A DNA stretch of 64,000 bases, from the NCBI GenBank assembly GCA_937890595.1, contig CALADM010000014.1, positions 15,082-79,081 of the forward strand, written 5' to 3'. Positions 1 to 9,950 of this stretch are shown one piece after another. This DNA comes from an uncultured Clostridiaceae bacterium. Lineage in GTDB: Bacteria; Bacillota; Clostridia; Lachnospirales; Lachnospiraceae. The translations under genes and the position numbers were made by a program. The notes below the pieces were generated by a model that had not been told where the DNA came from, did no database searches, and worked only from the letters and a program-made list of their open reading frames with translations. How positions within the stretch are numbered: the stretch's first letter is position 1; every line of letters begins with the position of its first letter.

Positions 1-1590
1 AAGACATGGAAAAAAGCAATGTCCTTGACATTGGCGGGGGCAATGGCACTGTCTATGGTAGCTTGTGGAGGCGGAAACTCCAACACTTCCAATAACAGTG
101 GAAACAATGCAGGAACACAGCAGTCCGGAGAGGCAGCTGCAACAACAGACGGAAAGCCAACTATCACATTTATGACAACTTCTTTCTACGGAACAGATCT
201 GAAGAATGAGCATTCTGATGAAGTTATCAAAAAATATGAGGAGTACACCAATACACATGTAGAATGGCAGTGGGAAGCGAACGATACCTACACAGAGAAG
301 CTGGGTCTGACTCTGATGGATAAAGACAACATGCCAATGGTTCTGACAGCATCCGGAAACCTGACAGCAAACATCGTAGATGCAGCAAAGAAAGGCGCTT
401 TCTGGGATCTTGCTCCATACTTGGCAGACAAAGAAACATATCCAAACCTGTCTCAGGCAAACCCGAATGTATTGAAGGCTCTGACTGTAGACGGTAAAGT
501 GATCGCTATCTACCGTGCAAGAGCAGTTGGTCGTTACGGTTTCTCTTATCGTAAAGACTGGGCTGAGGCTGTAGGAATCACAGAAGCTCCAAAGACAGTA
601 GAAGATGTATACAACATGATGTATAAGTTCACATACGAAGATCCGGACGGAAACGGAAAAGACGATACATATGGTCTGGAACTGACCAAGTATACAGGAC
701 CTCTGGATATCATCCAGACATGGTTCGGATGTGGCAACGAGTGGGTAGAGAAAGACGGAAAACTGATTCCGGTTCATCAGACACAGGAATTCATGGATGC
801 CCTGAAATGGATGAAGAAGATGTATGATGATGGTCTGGTAAGAAAAGACTGGGCAACAGTTGACTCTGGTACATTCAGCGACAGCTGTAAAAAGGGTGAG
901 TCCGGATGCTTCATCGATGTTATGGATGGTGCAAAGCGTATCTGGAACTACTACACAAAGAATGATGTAAAATCTGTAACAGATCCATCCAAACTGGCTA
1001 CAATGGAACTGGTAGGACCGATCAATGACAAGACTCTGGCAACCAGCGGTTTCAACGGATTCTATATGATCACAAAAGCTGGTGCAAAGACAGAGGAAGA
1101 TGTAAAGAATTGTCTGCATTACTTGGATAAAATGTGTGATGATGAGATGTTAGTACTGGCTGATTACGGTCTGGAAGGTATCACATATGACCTGAACGAA
1201 GCTGGTAATGTAGTGAAGAGAGGCGAACTGGAGCCACAGCAGTCTCCATCTAATGGTTTGAACCAGTCCCTGTGCTATATTCCAAACTTAGAGGCTACTT
1301 CCCCAGCATTGGAGAAAGATGATGCTGCAAAGGCACAGGATGCAGCATACAAGAAAAATGAGCAGTATGCAGTATTTAACCCAGCATTAGGATATCTGGC
1401 AAACTCTGAGGTAAATGCAGAGGTTGGTACAGATATCGAGCAGATCATCGAAGATGCAAGAACACAGTACATCTGTGGACAGATTGATGATGCAGGTTTC
1501 GAGGCAGCTGCACAGCAGTGGTTAGACCGTGGCGGTGACAGACTGATCGAGGATGTAAACAGACTGTATCAGGAAGATACTGCAAAATAA
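1..1590 (+). CDS. ABC transporter extracellular solute-binding lipoprotein (large family-1 carbohydrate SBP, LplA/YtcQ-like); 5' end cut by window edge
   Basis: The frame of listed ORF 19..1590 stays open back to base 1 (KTWKKAMSL...). Signal peptide with lipobox LSMVAC followed by a G/S/N-rich linker. The ~520 aa size is typical of oligosaccharide SBPs. TAA stop at 1588-1590. Confidence 0.85.
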   Translation, partial: KTWKKAMSLTLAGAMALSMVACGGGNSNTSNNSGNNAGTQQSGEAAATTDGKPTITFMTTSFYGTDLKNEHSDEVIKKYEEYTNTHVEWQWEANDTYTEKLGLTLMDKDNMPMVLTASGNLTANIVDAAKKGAFWDLAPYLADKETYPNLSQANPNVLKALTVDGKVIAIYRARAVGRYGFSYRKDWAEAVGITEAPKTVEDVYNMMYKFTYEDPDGNGKDDTYGLELTKYTGPLDIIQTWFGCGNEWVEKDGKLIPVHQTQEFMDALKWMKKMYDDGLVRKDWATVDSGTFSDSCKKGESGCFIDVMDGAKRIWNYYTKNDVKSVTDPSKLATMELVGPINDKTLATSGFNGFYMITKAGAKTEEDVKNCLHYLDKMCDDEMLVLADYGLEGITYDLNEAGNVVKRGELEPQQSPSNGLNQSLCYIPNLEATSPALEKDDAAKAQDAAYKKNEQYAVFNPALGYLANSEVNAEVGTDIEQIIEDARTQYICGQIDDAGFEAAAQQWLDRGGDRLIEDVNRLYQEDTAK

Positions 1591-1620
1591 TCTAAAATAA
1601 GATCGTTTTGTGAGCGCATT

Positions 1621-1665
1621 AGGGCTTCAAGCGTGTTTCGCGCTTGAAGCCCTATTTGTTTATTT
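1621..1665 (+). terminator. Rho-independent terminator after the SBP gene
   Basis: 13-bp perfect stem AGGGCTTCAAGCG / CGCTTGAAGCCCT with a 7-nt loop, followed by ATTTGTTTATTT. Confidence 0.8.
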
Positions 1666-1709
1666 AAGTTTATTATTTGAGTTTATCTATGACAAGTTGG
1701 AGGAGAAAA

Positions 1710-4379
1710 ATGAAACTGCACACACTTGGAAACAGGAGCAAAACAGGATACACCACATGGGGATGCCTGTGGGAGAAGGGAAGATGTACAGAGGCGACAT
1801 CTTATGTTCTTTTGAATGAGGACAAGACAGAAGTTCCAATGCAGACCAGAACAACTGCTTACTGGCCAGATGGTTCTGTCAAATGGACGGCACATACAGC
1901 AAATGCAGTCCTTTTGGGAGATGAGATTGAAGTTTTGGATTCTAAAGGATCTGTAGCAGATGAAAAGAAAGAAGCTCTTCAGGTGAAAGAGGACGACAAA
2001 GAGATTCAGATCTGTTCTGGCAACATGGAATTTGTAGTTCCAAAAGATGGAAAACAGCTGCTTTCTTCTGTGACACGCAATGGAAAAAGAGTACTTGCTG
2101 ATGCGAAACCGGTAGTTCTTATGGAACATCCTGTAGAATGGAATGGATATACAGGAAAGATCCAGAAAGAATATGAGCCTGTTATTGATGAGGTGTGCAT
2201 TGAGGAAGCAGGAGATCTGCAGATCATTGTAAAGTATACAGGATGCCATATAATAGAAGATGATACTGCTTTGGATGCAAAACCGACAAAGGCAGAGGAT
2301 GGAATCCGTAAGATCCCATTTGTGATCCGCATGAAAGTAGGACTTGGAAGCAATCGTGTGGACTTTACACATACCTTTTTGTATGCAGCAGATGAGGATC
2401 AGGACTTCTTAAAAGGCTTGGGAATCCGTTTCCATGTTCCAATGGCAGGAAAAGTATATAACCGCCATGTGAAATGTATGGGTGATCATGGAGTGTTCCA
2501 TGAAAGTCTGGCACAGCTGCTTTCTTGGAGACCGAGAGTAGCGCAGGAAGTCTATGCAGCGCAGATCCGTGGAGAAAAATTGGAACTGACAGGGGAGAAT
2601 GAAGCAACTGTCAATAAAGTGCTGGAGGATATGCCGTTCTGGAGCGAGTATGATATCTGTCAGGACAGCGCAGACCATTTTGCGATCAAAAAGAAGATCA
2701 AAGATGCAAATTGCTGTTATCTGGATTCTTTACAGGGAAACAGAACAGATGGTGGTGCGGCATTTGGTTCTGAAAATGGTTCTGTAATGTTCTCCATCCG
2801 TGATTTCTGGGAGAAATATCCGTCAGGATATACCTTTAAAGATCTGACAGAAGATATGGCAGAGGCAGATGTATGGTTCTGGTCTCCATCCGCAGAGGCA
2901 ATGGATTTCCGCCACTATGCAAACCGTGGTTACAATCAGGTATACTATGAGGGCTATGATTATAAAGGGGCAACACCGTACGGAATCGCATGTACCAGTG
3001 AGTGTTCTGTTTCATTCTCAGAGGATGTGATTCCATCCGATGAGGAGATCACATTCTTGGCACAGAGTGTAAAATATCCAGTTCAGTATGTTGGAACACC
3101 AGAATTCTACCATGATCATAGAGCATTTGGTTATTGGTCTCTTCCTTCTAAAGATAATGAGACAGAAAGATGGCTGGAAGAACAGCTGGATCGTGCTATT
3201 GAGTTCTACAAAAATGAAGTAGAGCAGAGAAAATGGTATGGTATGTTTAACTATGGTGATTTTATGCATACCTATGACAAGGAACGTCATCAGTGGCGTT
3301 ATGATATGGGTGGTTATGCATGGGATAACACAGAATTAGTGCCGACTTTGTGGCTCTGGTACATGTTTATGAGAACTGGAAGAGAAGATGTCTTTATTCT
3401 GGCAGAGAAGTTATCCAGACATGCTTCTGAGGTAGATGTATACCATATGGGAAAATACAAAGGTCTTGGCTCACGTCATAATGTAAGACACTGGGGATGC
3501 CCATGTAAAGAGGCACGTATCGCTATGGCAGCACATCATCGTTTCTACTATTATATGACAGGCGATAAGAGACTGGAAGATATCTTTGATGAGTTAAAAG
3601 ACAATGAGATGACTTTCCTGAATAAAGATCCATTGGGAGACTTCTATACAAAGGAAGAAATGGTGTACCCAAGTCATGCAAGAAGTGGTCCGGACTGGTC
3701 TTCCCTGTGTGCAAACTGGATGACACAGTGGGAGCGTTTCAATGATGAGAAGTACAAAGAGAAACTGTTGGTTGGTATGACAGATATCAAAAATGCACCG
3801 TTAAAGCTGGTGTCCGGTCCTGATTTTGAGTTTGACCCGAAAACAGTACATCTTCGTTATATTGGAGAGCGTGCAGCAGGCGGTACACATCTTCAGATCT
3901 GTATGGGAGCGCCGGAAGTATGGATGGAGATGGCAGATCTTCTGGACGATGAAGAGTGGAAGAAGATGATGGCAGAATACGGACGTTTCTATTATCTGCC
4001 AAGGGAACAGCAATTGGAAGAGTCTAATGGACTGATCGGAGAGAGAGAGTTCAGCCTTCCATTTATGGCAGCAGCTATGGGTGCATATGGTGCAGCCTAT
4101 CTGAAAGATGACGTTTTAGCAGAGCGTACATGGAGACATCTCCTTCATTCTCTGACCAGCGAGGGAAATCACGAAGGACTCCAGACAACGATCGTAAAGG
4201 ATGCAGGAAATCAGGAAAATCTGGTAGAGATCCCATGGATTTCTACAAACTTTACAGCACAGTGGTGCCTGAATGTGATCGTAGTTTTGGAATTTATCCG
4301 CAATTCTCTTCCTAAGACACTGGAAGAAGTGGATAAACTGGTAGAGGAAATGCCAAAGGAATTTTTTCGTAAGGCGTGA
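1710..4379 (+). CDS. Large (~889 aa) uncharacterized cytoplasmic protein, tentatively YetA-like and polysaccharide-utilisation associated
   Basis: Long uninterrupted ORF. The internal ATG at 1710 is preceded by GGAGGAG at 6-7 nt, so it is preferred over the listed 1677 start. No signal peptide. Context (LplA-like SBP upstream, CE12-like esterase downstream) resembles the B. subtilis yetA-lplA neighbourhood. Function was not verifiable by eye. Confidence 0.7.
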   Translation: MKLHTLGNRSKTGYTTWGCLWEKGRCTEATSYVLLNEDKTEVPMQTRTTAYWPDGSVKWTAHTANAVLLGDEIEVLDSKGSVADEKKEALQVKEDDKEIQICSGNMEFVVPKDGKQLLSSVTRNGKRVLADAKPVVLMEHPVEWNGYTGKIQKEYEPVIDEVCIEEAGDLQIIVKYTGCHIIEDDTALDAKPTKAEDGIRKIPFVIRMKVGLGSNRVDFTHTFLYAADEDQDFLKGLGIRFHVPMAGKVYNRHVKCMGDHGVFHESLAQLLSWRPRVAQEVYAAQIRGEKLELTGENEATVNKVLEDMPFWSEYDICQDSADHFAIKKKIKDANCCYLDSLQGNRTDGGAAFGSENGSVMFSIRDFWEKYPSGYTFKDLTEDMAEADVWFWSPSAEAMDFRHYANRGYNQVYYEGYDYKGATPYGIACTSECSVSFSEDVIPSDEEITFLAQSVKYPVQYVGTPEFYHDHRAFGYWSLPSKDNETERWLEEQLDRAIEFYKNEVEQRKWYGMFNYGDFMHTYDKERHQWRYDMGGYAWDNTELVPTLWLWYMFMRTGREDVFILAEKLSRHASEVDVYHMGKYKGLGSRHNVRHWGCPCKEARIAMAAHHRFYYYMTGDKRLEDIFDELKDNEMTFLNKDPLGDFYTKEEMVYPSHARSGPDWSSLCANWMTQWERFNDEKYKEKLLVGMTDIKNAPLKLVSGPDFEFDPKTVHLRYIGERAAGGTHLQICMGAPEVWMEMADLLDDEEWKKMMAEYGRFYYLPREQQLEESNGLIGEREFSLPFMAAAMGAYGAAYLKDDVLAERTWRHLLHSLTSEGNHEGLQTTIVKDAGNQENLVEIPWISTNFTAQWCLNVIVVLEFIRNSLPKTLEEVDKLVEEMPKEFFRKA

Positions 4380-4397
4380 AAAGAAAAGGGAAAAATA

Positions 4398-5120
4398 ATG
4401 AAAACCAAGAAGAAACCAGTGATTTATATTGCAGGAGATTCTACAGCGCAGTCCTACAGTGAGAGCGCCAGACCACAGACTGGATGGGGGGAGTGTCTGC
4501 TCCCCTTCCTGTGCGAAGGTCAGGGAGTGATAGAAGAGTCCCACAGGGAAAATTGTCCGTTTGAGCAGGAAAAACGCTATGAGTCTGAGAATCTGATCGT
4601 AGATAACTGTGCGATGGCAGGGCGTTCTTCAAGGACATTCCGTGAAGAGGGGCGTTTAAGTGACATAGAGGCACAGATACAAGAGGGAGATTATCTTTTG
4701 ATCCAGTTTGGACATAATGATGCATCTGCCTCTAAACCAGAGAGGTTTGTATCTGTGGAAAATTTTGCAGAATCTCTGATATACTATGTAGATGCAGCAA
4801 GAAAAGTAAATGCTACGCCAGTGTTGATCTCTTCTATTGCACTGCGCCCATGTCAGGAAAATACAGTTGGAGATGTGGGAGAGATTGCAAGACTGCTGCC
4901 CCTGTATGCAAGAGAGATGGAAAAACTTGCAGAGCGTGAAAATCTTTGTTATCTGAACCTTGGAGCAAAAACACAGGAAGCGTGTAAAGCTGTCGGGGAG
5001 GCTGTGACAAAACTTTGGTATAAAGAGGACAATGTCCATCTCGTTTTAGAGGGAGCACAAAAGTACGCAGGACTTCTGGCAGAACTCATTAAGAGTGAAG
5101 GCAGATTATCAAATCAGTAA
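4398..5120 (+). CDS. SGNH/GDSL hydrolase, rhamnogalacturonan acetylesterase-like (CE12-like)
   Basis: Block I IYIAGDSTAQSY (catalytic Ser), GHNDAS block, and C-terminal DNVHL (Asp-x-x-His). Confidence 0.8.
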   Translation: MKTKKKPVIYIAGDSTAQSYSESARPQTGWGECLLPFLCEGQGVIEESHRENCPFEQEKRYESENLIVDNCAMAGRSSRTFREEGRLSDIEAQIQEGDYLLIQFGHNDASASKPERFVSVENFAESLIYYVDAARKVNATPVLISSIALRPCQENTVGDVGEIARLLPLYAREMEKLAERENLCYLNLGAKTQEACKAVGEAVTKLWYKEDNVHLVLEGAQKYAGLLAELIKSEGRLSNQ

Positions 5121-5201
5121 TAGCAATAGATAATAGAAATCAGTAATATAAATACGTAATATAAATCATTAATACAGATATATCCTATCAATGTAGTTGT
5201 G

Positions 5202-5245
5202 GAAAAGCTGTTGCATAATCATGTATGCACAGCTTTTTCTGTTAT
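5202..5245 (+). terminator. Rho-independent terminator
   Basis: GAAAAGCTGTTGCATA ... TATGCACAGCTTTTTC hairpin followed by TGTT. Confidence 0.7.
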
Positions 5246-5426
5246 CAGTTAGGGTTTTCATAGCTGGTTATGGGATCAGTCTGATATCATGAAAGAAAGA
5301 CTTGACATCAATGCCGTGGCATGTAATAGTATAATGCAATGAGAAGATGTTGACCTGAAATTTTAACAGTATGTGTTGTACATAATGTTGGGATAATATG
5401 GGAAAACAGGAAAGGAGCAGATTACT

Positions 5427-6191
5427 GTGAAGAATGATCTGTTTACAATTGGTAATTTTACAATCCATGGATATGGTCTGATGATCGGCATTGGAATTAT
5501 CGCTGCCTATGGAAGTGCGGTGTATCGTGCCAAAAGAAAAGGATTGGACGAGGATGTCTTAGATGGGCTGGCGATATGGGCTGTCTTGTTCGGACTTTTG
5601 GGAGCAAAACTGCTGTTTTATATCACATCATGGAAAGAGATTATGGCAGATCCGTCTATTTTATGGAAATTTACAGATGGATTTGTAGTGTACGGAGGAA
5701 TAATAGGGGGTATCCTTGGTGGATATCTGTATGCAAAGAGAAAGAAGATCAGTTTTGTGAAATACGCAGATCTGGTGCTGCCATCTGTAGCTCTGGCACA
5801 GGGATTTGGGCGCATTGGCTGTCTGCTTGCCGGTTGCTGTTATGGCTTACAGACAGATGGTGCATTCTGCATTGTATTTAAAGATTCTGATTTTGCTCCA
5901 AACAATGTTCCGCTTTTGCCGACACAGATCATTTCCAGTGTTTTGGATTTTGCACATTTCTTTGTCTTGATCTGGATTGCAAGGAAAGTGAAGAAAGATG
6001 GAGTAGTAGCTTCTCTGTATCTGATTTTTTACAGTATAGGACGATTTATACTGGAGTTTTTCAGAGGAGATCTGATCCGTGGAAGTGTGGGAGTTTTATC
6101 TACATCCCAGTTTATTTCGTTATTTATTCTGGCAGCAGGTATTGTGTGTTTATTTGGAAGTTTAAAAAAGAAACAGGAAGTTTTGGATTGA
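5427..6191 (+). CDS. lgt: Prolipoprotein diacylglyceryl transferase
   Basis: GTG start 9 nt after AAAGGAG. Multi-TM protein with the Lgt signature GFGRIGCLLAGCCYG. Confidence 0.9.
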   Translation: MKNDLFTIGNFTIHGYGLMIGIGIIAAYGSAVYRAKRKGLDEDVLDGLAIWAVLFGLLGAKLLFYITSWKEIMADPSILWKFTDGFVVYGGIIGGILGGYLYAKRKKISFVKYADLVLPSVALAQGFGRIGCLLAGCCYGLQTDGAFCIVFKDSDFAPNNVPLLPTQIISSVLDFAHFFVLIWIARKVKKDGVVASLYLIFYSIGRFILEFFRGDLIRGSVGVLSTSQFISLFILAAGIVCLFGSLKKKQEVLD

Positions 6192-6264
6192 AAACAGGAT
6201 ATCCATTCCATTATAAGAAGTATCTATAAGAGTTAGCAAGTTGTTATATATGCGTGTTTCTATA

Positions 6265-6310
6265 CCCTGATATATGTTCTGATACGGACATATATTGGGG
6301 TGTTTTTTTC
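6265..6310 (+). terminator. Rho-independent terminator after lgt
   Basis: CCCTGATATATGT / ACATATATTGGGG stem followed by TGTTTTTTT. Confidence 0.75.
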
Positions 6311-6443
6311 GTCAGGACATAAATTGCTCACATTTTTATCAAAAACTTACCACATTTTTTTCACAAATTGGACGTAGTATTTTAAAAGCGATATCTTGTG
6401 AGAAGATATCTATTATAGAAGGTATACATGGGAGGTAACAGAA

Positions 6444-7583
6444 TTGATCGAAGTCAAAAATCTTGTAAAGGACTATGGAGGTCATGTTGCGGTAGATCAT
6501 TTGGATTTTACTGTGGAAGATGGCTATATTTATGGATTTTTAGGACCAAATGGAGCTGGAAAATCTACTACGATGAATATGATGACAGGCTATCTGGGAG
6601 CGACAAGCGGTGAAATTATTATTAATGGACACAATATTTTAGATGAGCCTGAGGAGGCGAAGAAAAATATTGGGTATTTGCCAGAGATTCCCCCTCTATA
6701 TACAGAAATGACAGTTATAGAGTATCTGGATTTTGCGGCTCAGCTCAAAAAAATCCAGAAAAAGAAGAGAAAAGATGAGATAGAACGGGCGATAGAGGTT
6801 ACAAAGCTGGGAGATGTGCAAAACCGCCTGATCCGAAATCTCTCAAAAGGATATAAACAGAGGGTAGGTCTGGCACAGGCGATCCTTGGAACGCCTCCGG
6901 TTATCATTCTGGATGAACCGACAGTCGGACTTGATCCTAAGCAGATCATAGAGATCCGTGATCTGATCAAAGAACTGGGAAAACAGCATACAGTTATCCT
7001 GAGTTCCCATATTCTTTCAGAAGTGCGTGCAGTCTGTGATAGAGTGTTAATTCTTGCACATGGAAAATTAGTTGCAAGTGATACACCTGATAATCTGGAA
7101 AGGCAGCTTACCGGAGGACATGGGCTGGAACTGACAGTAAAAGGGGAAGAAGAAAGAATACGTCAGACATTAGAGGCTTTGGAATGTGCGAAATATTTGA
7201 ATTGTGTCCAGATGACAGAGGGAACAGTGGAAGGCGAATGGAAGCTTTCTTTGGAGATCATGAAAGAGGAGGAGTATGGAAAAGATATCAGAGAGTGCGT
7301 ATTCTATGGTTTTGCTGAGGCAAGATGTCCGATCGTCTTCATGACAGAGCAGAAGAAGTCACTGGAAGAAGTATTCCTTGAGCTTACTGAGAGCGAAGCC
7401 AAAGATCCGGTGGTATCAGAGATAGATCAGGAAGAAAAGGCAGAGCTGAAAGAGACAGAAATAACAGAAATGAAAGAGAAAGGTTGGCAAGAGAAAGAAG
7501 AAAACAATCAGGAAGAAGAGATACATCAGGCAGAGCAAAGCAATACAAAGAATGGGGAGGAAGACAATGACAGCAATATTTAA
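6444..7583 (+). CDS. ABC transporter ATP-binding protein (GldA-like, ABC-2 type) with an acidic ~70-aa C-terminal tail
   Basis: TTG start 8 nt after GGAGG. Walker A GPNGAGKST, signature LSKGYKQR, Walker B IILDEP. The tail is rich in E/K/Q/N and overlaps the next gene. Confidence 0.9.
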   Translation: MIEVKNLVKDYGGHVAVDHLDFTVEDGYIYGFLGPNGAGKSTTMNMMTGYLGATSGEIIINGHNILDEPEEAKKNIGYLPEIPPLYTEMTVIEYLDFAAQLKKIQKKKRKDEIERAIEVTKLGDVQNRLIRNLSKGYKQRVGLAQAILGTPPVIILDEPTVGLDPKQIIEIRDLIKELGKQHTVILSSHILSEVRAVCDRVLILAHGKLVASDTPDNLERQLTGGHGLELTVKGEEERIRQTLEALECAKYLNCVQMTEGTVEGEWKLSLEIMKEEEYGKDIRECVFYGFAEARCPIVFMTEQKKSLEEVFLELTESEAKDPVVSEIDQEEKAELKETEITEMKEKGWQEKEENNQEEEIHQAEQSNTKNGEEDNDSNI

Positions 7584-8433
7584 ACGTGAATTAAAATCCT
7601 ATTTTGAGAGTATGACAGGATATATTTTTATTGCTTTTATGATCCTGTTTATGGGGATCTATTTTCTTGCATACAATCTAAATGCAGGATACCCATATTT
7701 TTCCTATGCACTGTCCGGTATGCTTTTGATCATGGCAATAGGGATTCCTGTGCTGACGATGCGTTGTTTTGCCGATGAGAGAAGAACAAAGACAGATCAG
7801 CTTCTTTTGACAGCTCCTGTCACAGTGATAGAGATCGTAATAGGCAAATATCTGGCAATGGCAGCTGTTTTTTTAGTTCCTGTGTTAGTATACTGTGTCT
7901 GTCCTTTGATCATTAAAGCAAATGGAACAGCATATTTGGCAGCAGATTATAGTGCGATCCTTGCATTCTTTTTGCTGGGATGCCTGTTTATCGCAATTGG
8001 CATGTTTCTTTCTTCTTTGACTGAGAGTCAGATCATAGCTGCGGTTGGTACGTTCTTTTTTTTGTTGTGTTTGATGCTTTGGGGTGGTTTATTGTCCTTT
8101 TTCCCCACAACAGCACAAGGTTCTCTGATTGGATTTTTCGTGATCCTTCTTTTTATATGTTTTGTGTTATATAGAATGACAGAGAGTTATAAAGTTTCGG
8201 CAGGAGTTGGAATTATAGGGACAGCAGTGTTGGGAGGTCTGTATTTCTGGAAAGAGGAGCTGTTTGACAGAGCATTAGTGACCATTTTAGAAAAGTTTGA
8301 TGTGGTTGGATTGTTTGATCAGTTTGCACAGAGTCATATGTTTGATGTCAGCGGATTGATTTTGTATCTGAGTGCGATTTTCCTGTTTTTATTTTTGACT
8401 GTACAGTCTATAGAAAAGAGAAGATGGAGCTAG
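7567..8433 (+). CDS. ABC-2 family permease (GldF-like)
   Basis: Polytopic membrane protein directly after the ATPase. The ATG at 7567 lies 6 nt after GGAGG, so it is preferred over the listed 7552. Confidence 0.8.
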   Translation: MTAIFKRELKSYFESMTGYIFIAFMILFMGIYFLAYNLNAGYPYFSYALSGMLLIMAIGIPVLTMRCFADERRTKTDQLLLTAPVTVIEIVIGKYLAMAAVFLVPVLVYCVCPLIIKANGTAYLAADYSAILAFFLLGCLFIAIGMFLSSLTESQIIAAVGTFFFLLCLMLWGGLLSFFPTTAQGSLIGFFVILLFICFVLYRMTESYKVSAGVGIIGTAVLGGLYFWKEELFDRALVTILEKFDVVGLFDQFAQSHMFDVSGLILYLSAIFLFLFLTVQSIEKRRWS

Positions 8434-8446
8434 GAGGGGAAACAGA

Positions 8447-9817
8447 ATGAATCAAAAATTGAAAAAAGGCGGATACAGCGCTGCTTTTATTGCAATTGTG
8501 ATTGCGATTGTTGTAGCAGTCAATATGATCGCAGGATTGATGCCAGAACATATGAAACAGATTGATGTCAGTGGAAAAAATCTGTATGAACTAAGTGATA
8601 CCACAATAGAGCTTTTAGACAATCTACAACAGGATGTTACCTTATATGTGGTGGGAGATCCGACCATGCTGGATGAAAGAATCCAGAATATAGCAGAACG
8701 CTATGGAGCAGCCTCATCACATATCAAAGTAGAAAATCTGGATCCAGTCCTGCATCCGTCTGTGCTGACAGATTATGAAGCCGAAGACCAGACGATCCTT
8801 GTCTCCTGTGAGGCTACAGGAAAGAAAGAGACCATACATTTTTACGATATCGTTTTATATGACCAGATGGCAATGTATTATGGACAATATCAGGAATCTG
8901 AGTTTGATGGTGAGGGACAGATCAGCAGTGCCATTGCTATGGTAACGAACGAATCCAATAAAAAGATCTATACATTGGAAGGACATCAGGAGGCAGATCT
9001 CACGGATACAGTCAAAGACCTTTTGGCAAAATCCAGCATGGAGATAGATACTTGTAATCTTTTGACAGGTAATGGAGTGCCGGAAGATGCAGATATGATT
9101 TTAATGTATGCTCCCCAGCTTGATCTGGCGGAAGATGAACGTGAGATGTTATCTGAGTATTTACATGCCGGAGGACAGGTAATGATTCTTGCTGGACCTT
9201 CTGAGAAAGAAAGACCAAATCTGAATGCTTTGACAGAGGAATTTGGTCTTACCATCCAAGAAGGATATCTTGCAGATATGAAGTCTTACTACAGGAACAA
9301 TCCTTATTACGTTTTTCCAACCTTTGAGACAGGAAGCAGCATTCTGAGTGGGATTTCTTCTTCTACACCAGCTTTACTGGTAGATGCAATGGGAATGACA
9401 CAGACAGAGACACTGGAAGATGGAGTGACGGTGACCCCTTTCCTGACGACTACAGATCAGGGGGTTTTAGTAAAAGATGAGAATACGCAGGAAGAGGGAA
9501 GCTATTTGATTGGTGCAGTAGCAACTAAAAATGTAGATGAGGTGACTGGAAGACTTACAGTGGTTACAGCCTCATCTCTGATTTCTGATATTGTGACACA
9601 GACATTTTCCAATGTTTCTAATCTGGATATTTTTATGAATGCGGTTACGGCGGGATTTGATGATGTACAGAATATATCTGTTCCGGCAAAAAGTCTGGCT
9701 GAGACGTATAACACTGTTTTAAATGGTGGAACATGGGGAATTTTGTTTATTGCTGTGATTCCGATTATTCTTGTTTTTACAGGTTTGGCAGTCTGGATGA
9801 AGAGAAGGAGATTGTAG
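8447..9817 (+). CDS. GldG-like ABC-transport auxiliary protein (N- and C-terminal TM anchors, large extracytoplasmic domain)
   Basis: Position after the GldA/GldF-like genes. TM helix at each end. The ~456 aa size is typical of the Gldg family. Confidence 0.7.
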   Translation: MNQKLKKGGYSAAFIAIVIAIVVAVNMIAGLMPEHMKQIDVSGKNLYELSDTTIELLDNLQQDVTLYVVGDPTMLDERIQNIAERYGAASSHIKVENLDPVLHPSVLTDYEAEDQTILVSCEATGKKETIHFYDIVLYDQMAMYYGQYQESEFDGEGQISSAIAMVTNESNKKIYTLEGHQEADLTDTVKDLLAKSSMEIDTCNLLTGNGVPEDADMILMYAPQLDLAEDEREMLSEYLHAGGQVMILAGPSEKERPNLNALTEEFGLTIQEGYLADMKSYYRNNPYYVFPTFETGSSILSGISSSTPALLVDAMGMTQTETLEDGVTVTPFLTTTDQGVLVKDENTQEEGSYLIGAVATKNVDEVTGRLTVVTASSLISDIVTQTFSNVSNLDIFMNAVTAGFDDVQNISVPAKSLAETYNTVLNGGTWGILFIAVIPIILVFTGLAVWMKRRRL

Positions 9818-9950
9818 GTAATTTGGTGGGATGACAGTGTAAAGCAAATGATAGCGTAGAATTGCTATAAAAACGTTATAAAAATGCCATCAAACCATCA
9901 TCAAAGCACCATAAAAATGATATAAGACATTGTATAAGGAGGCGGATTCT

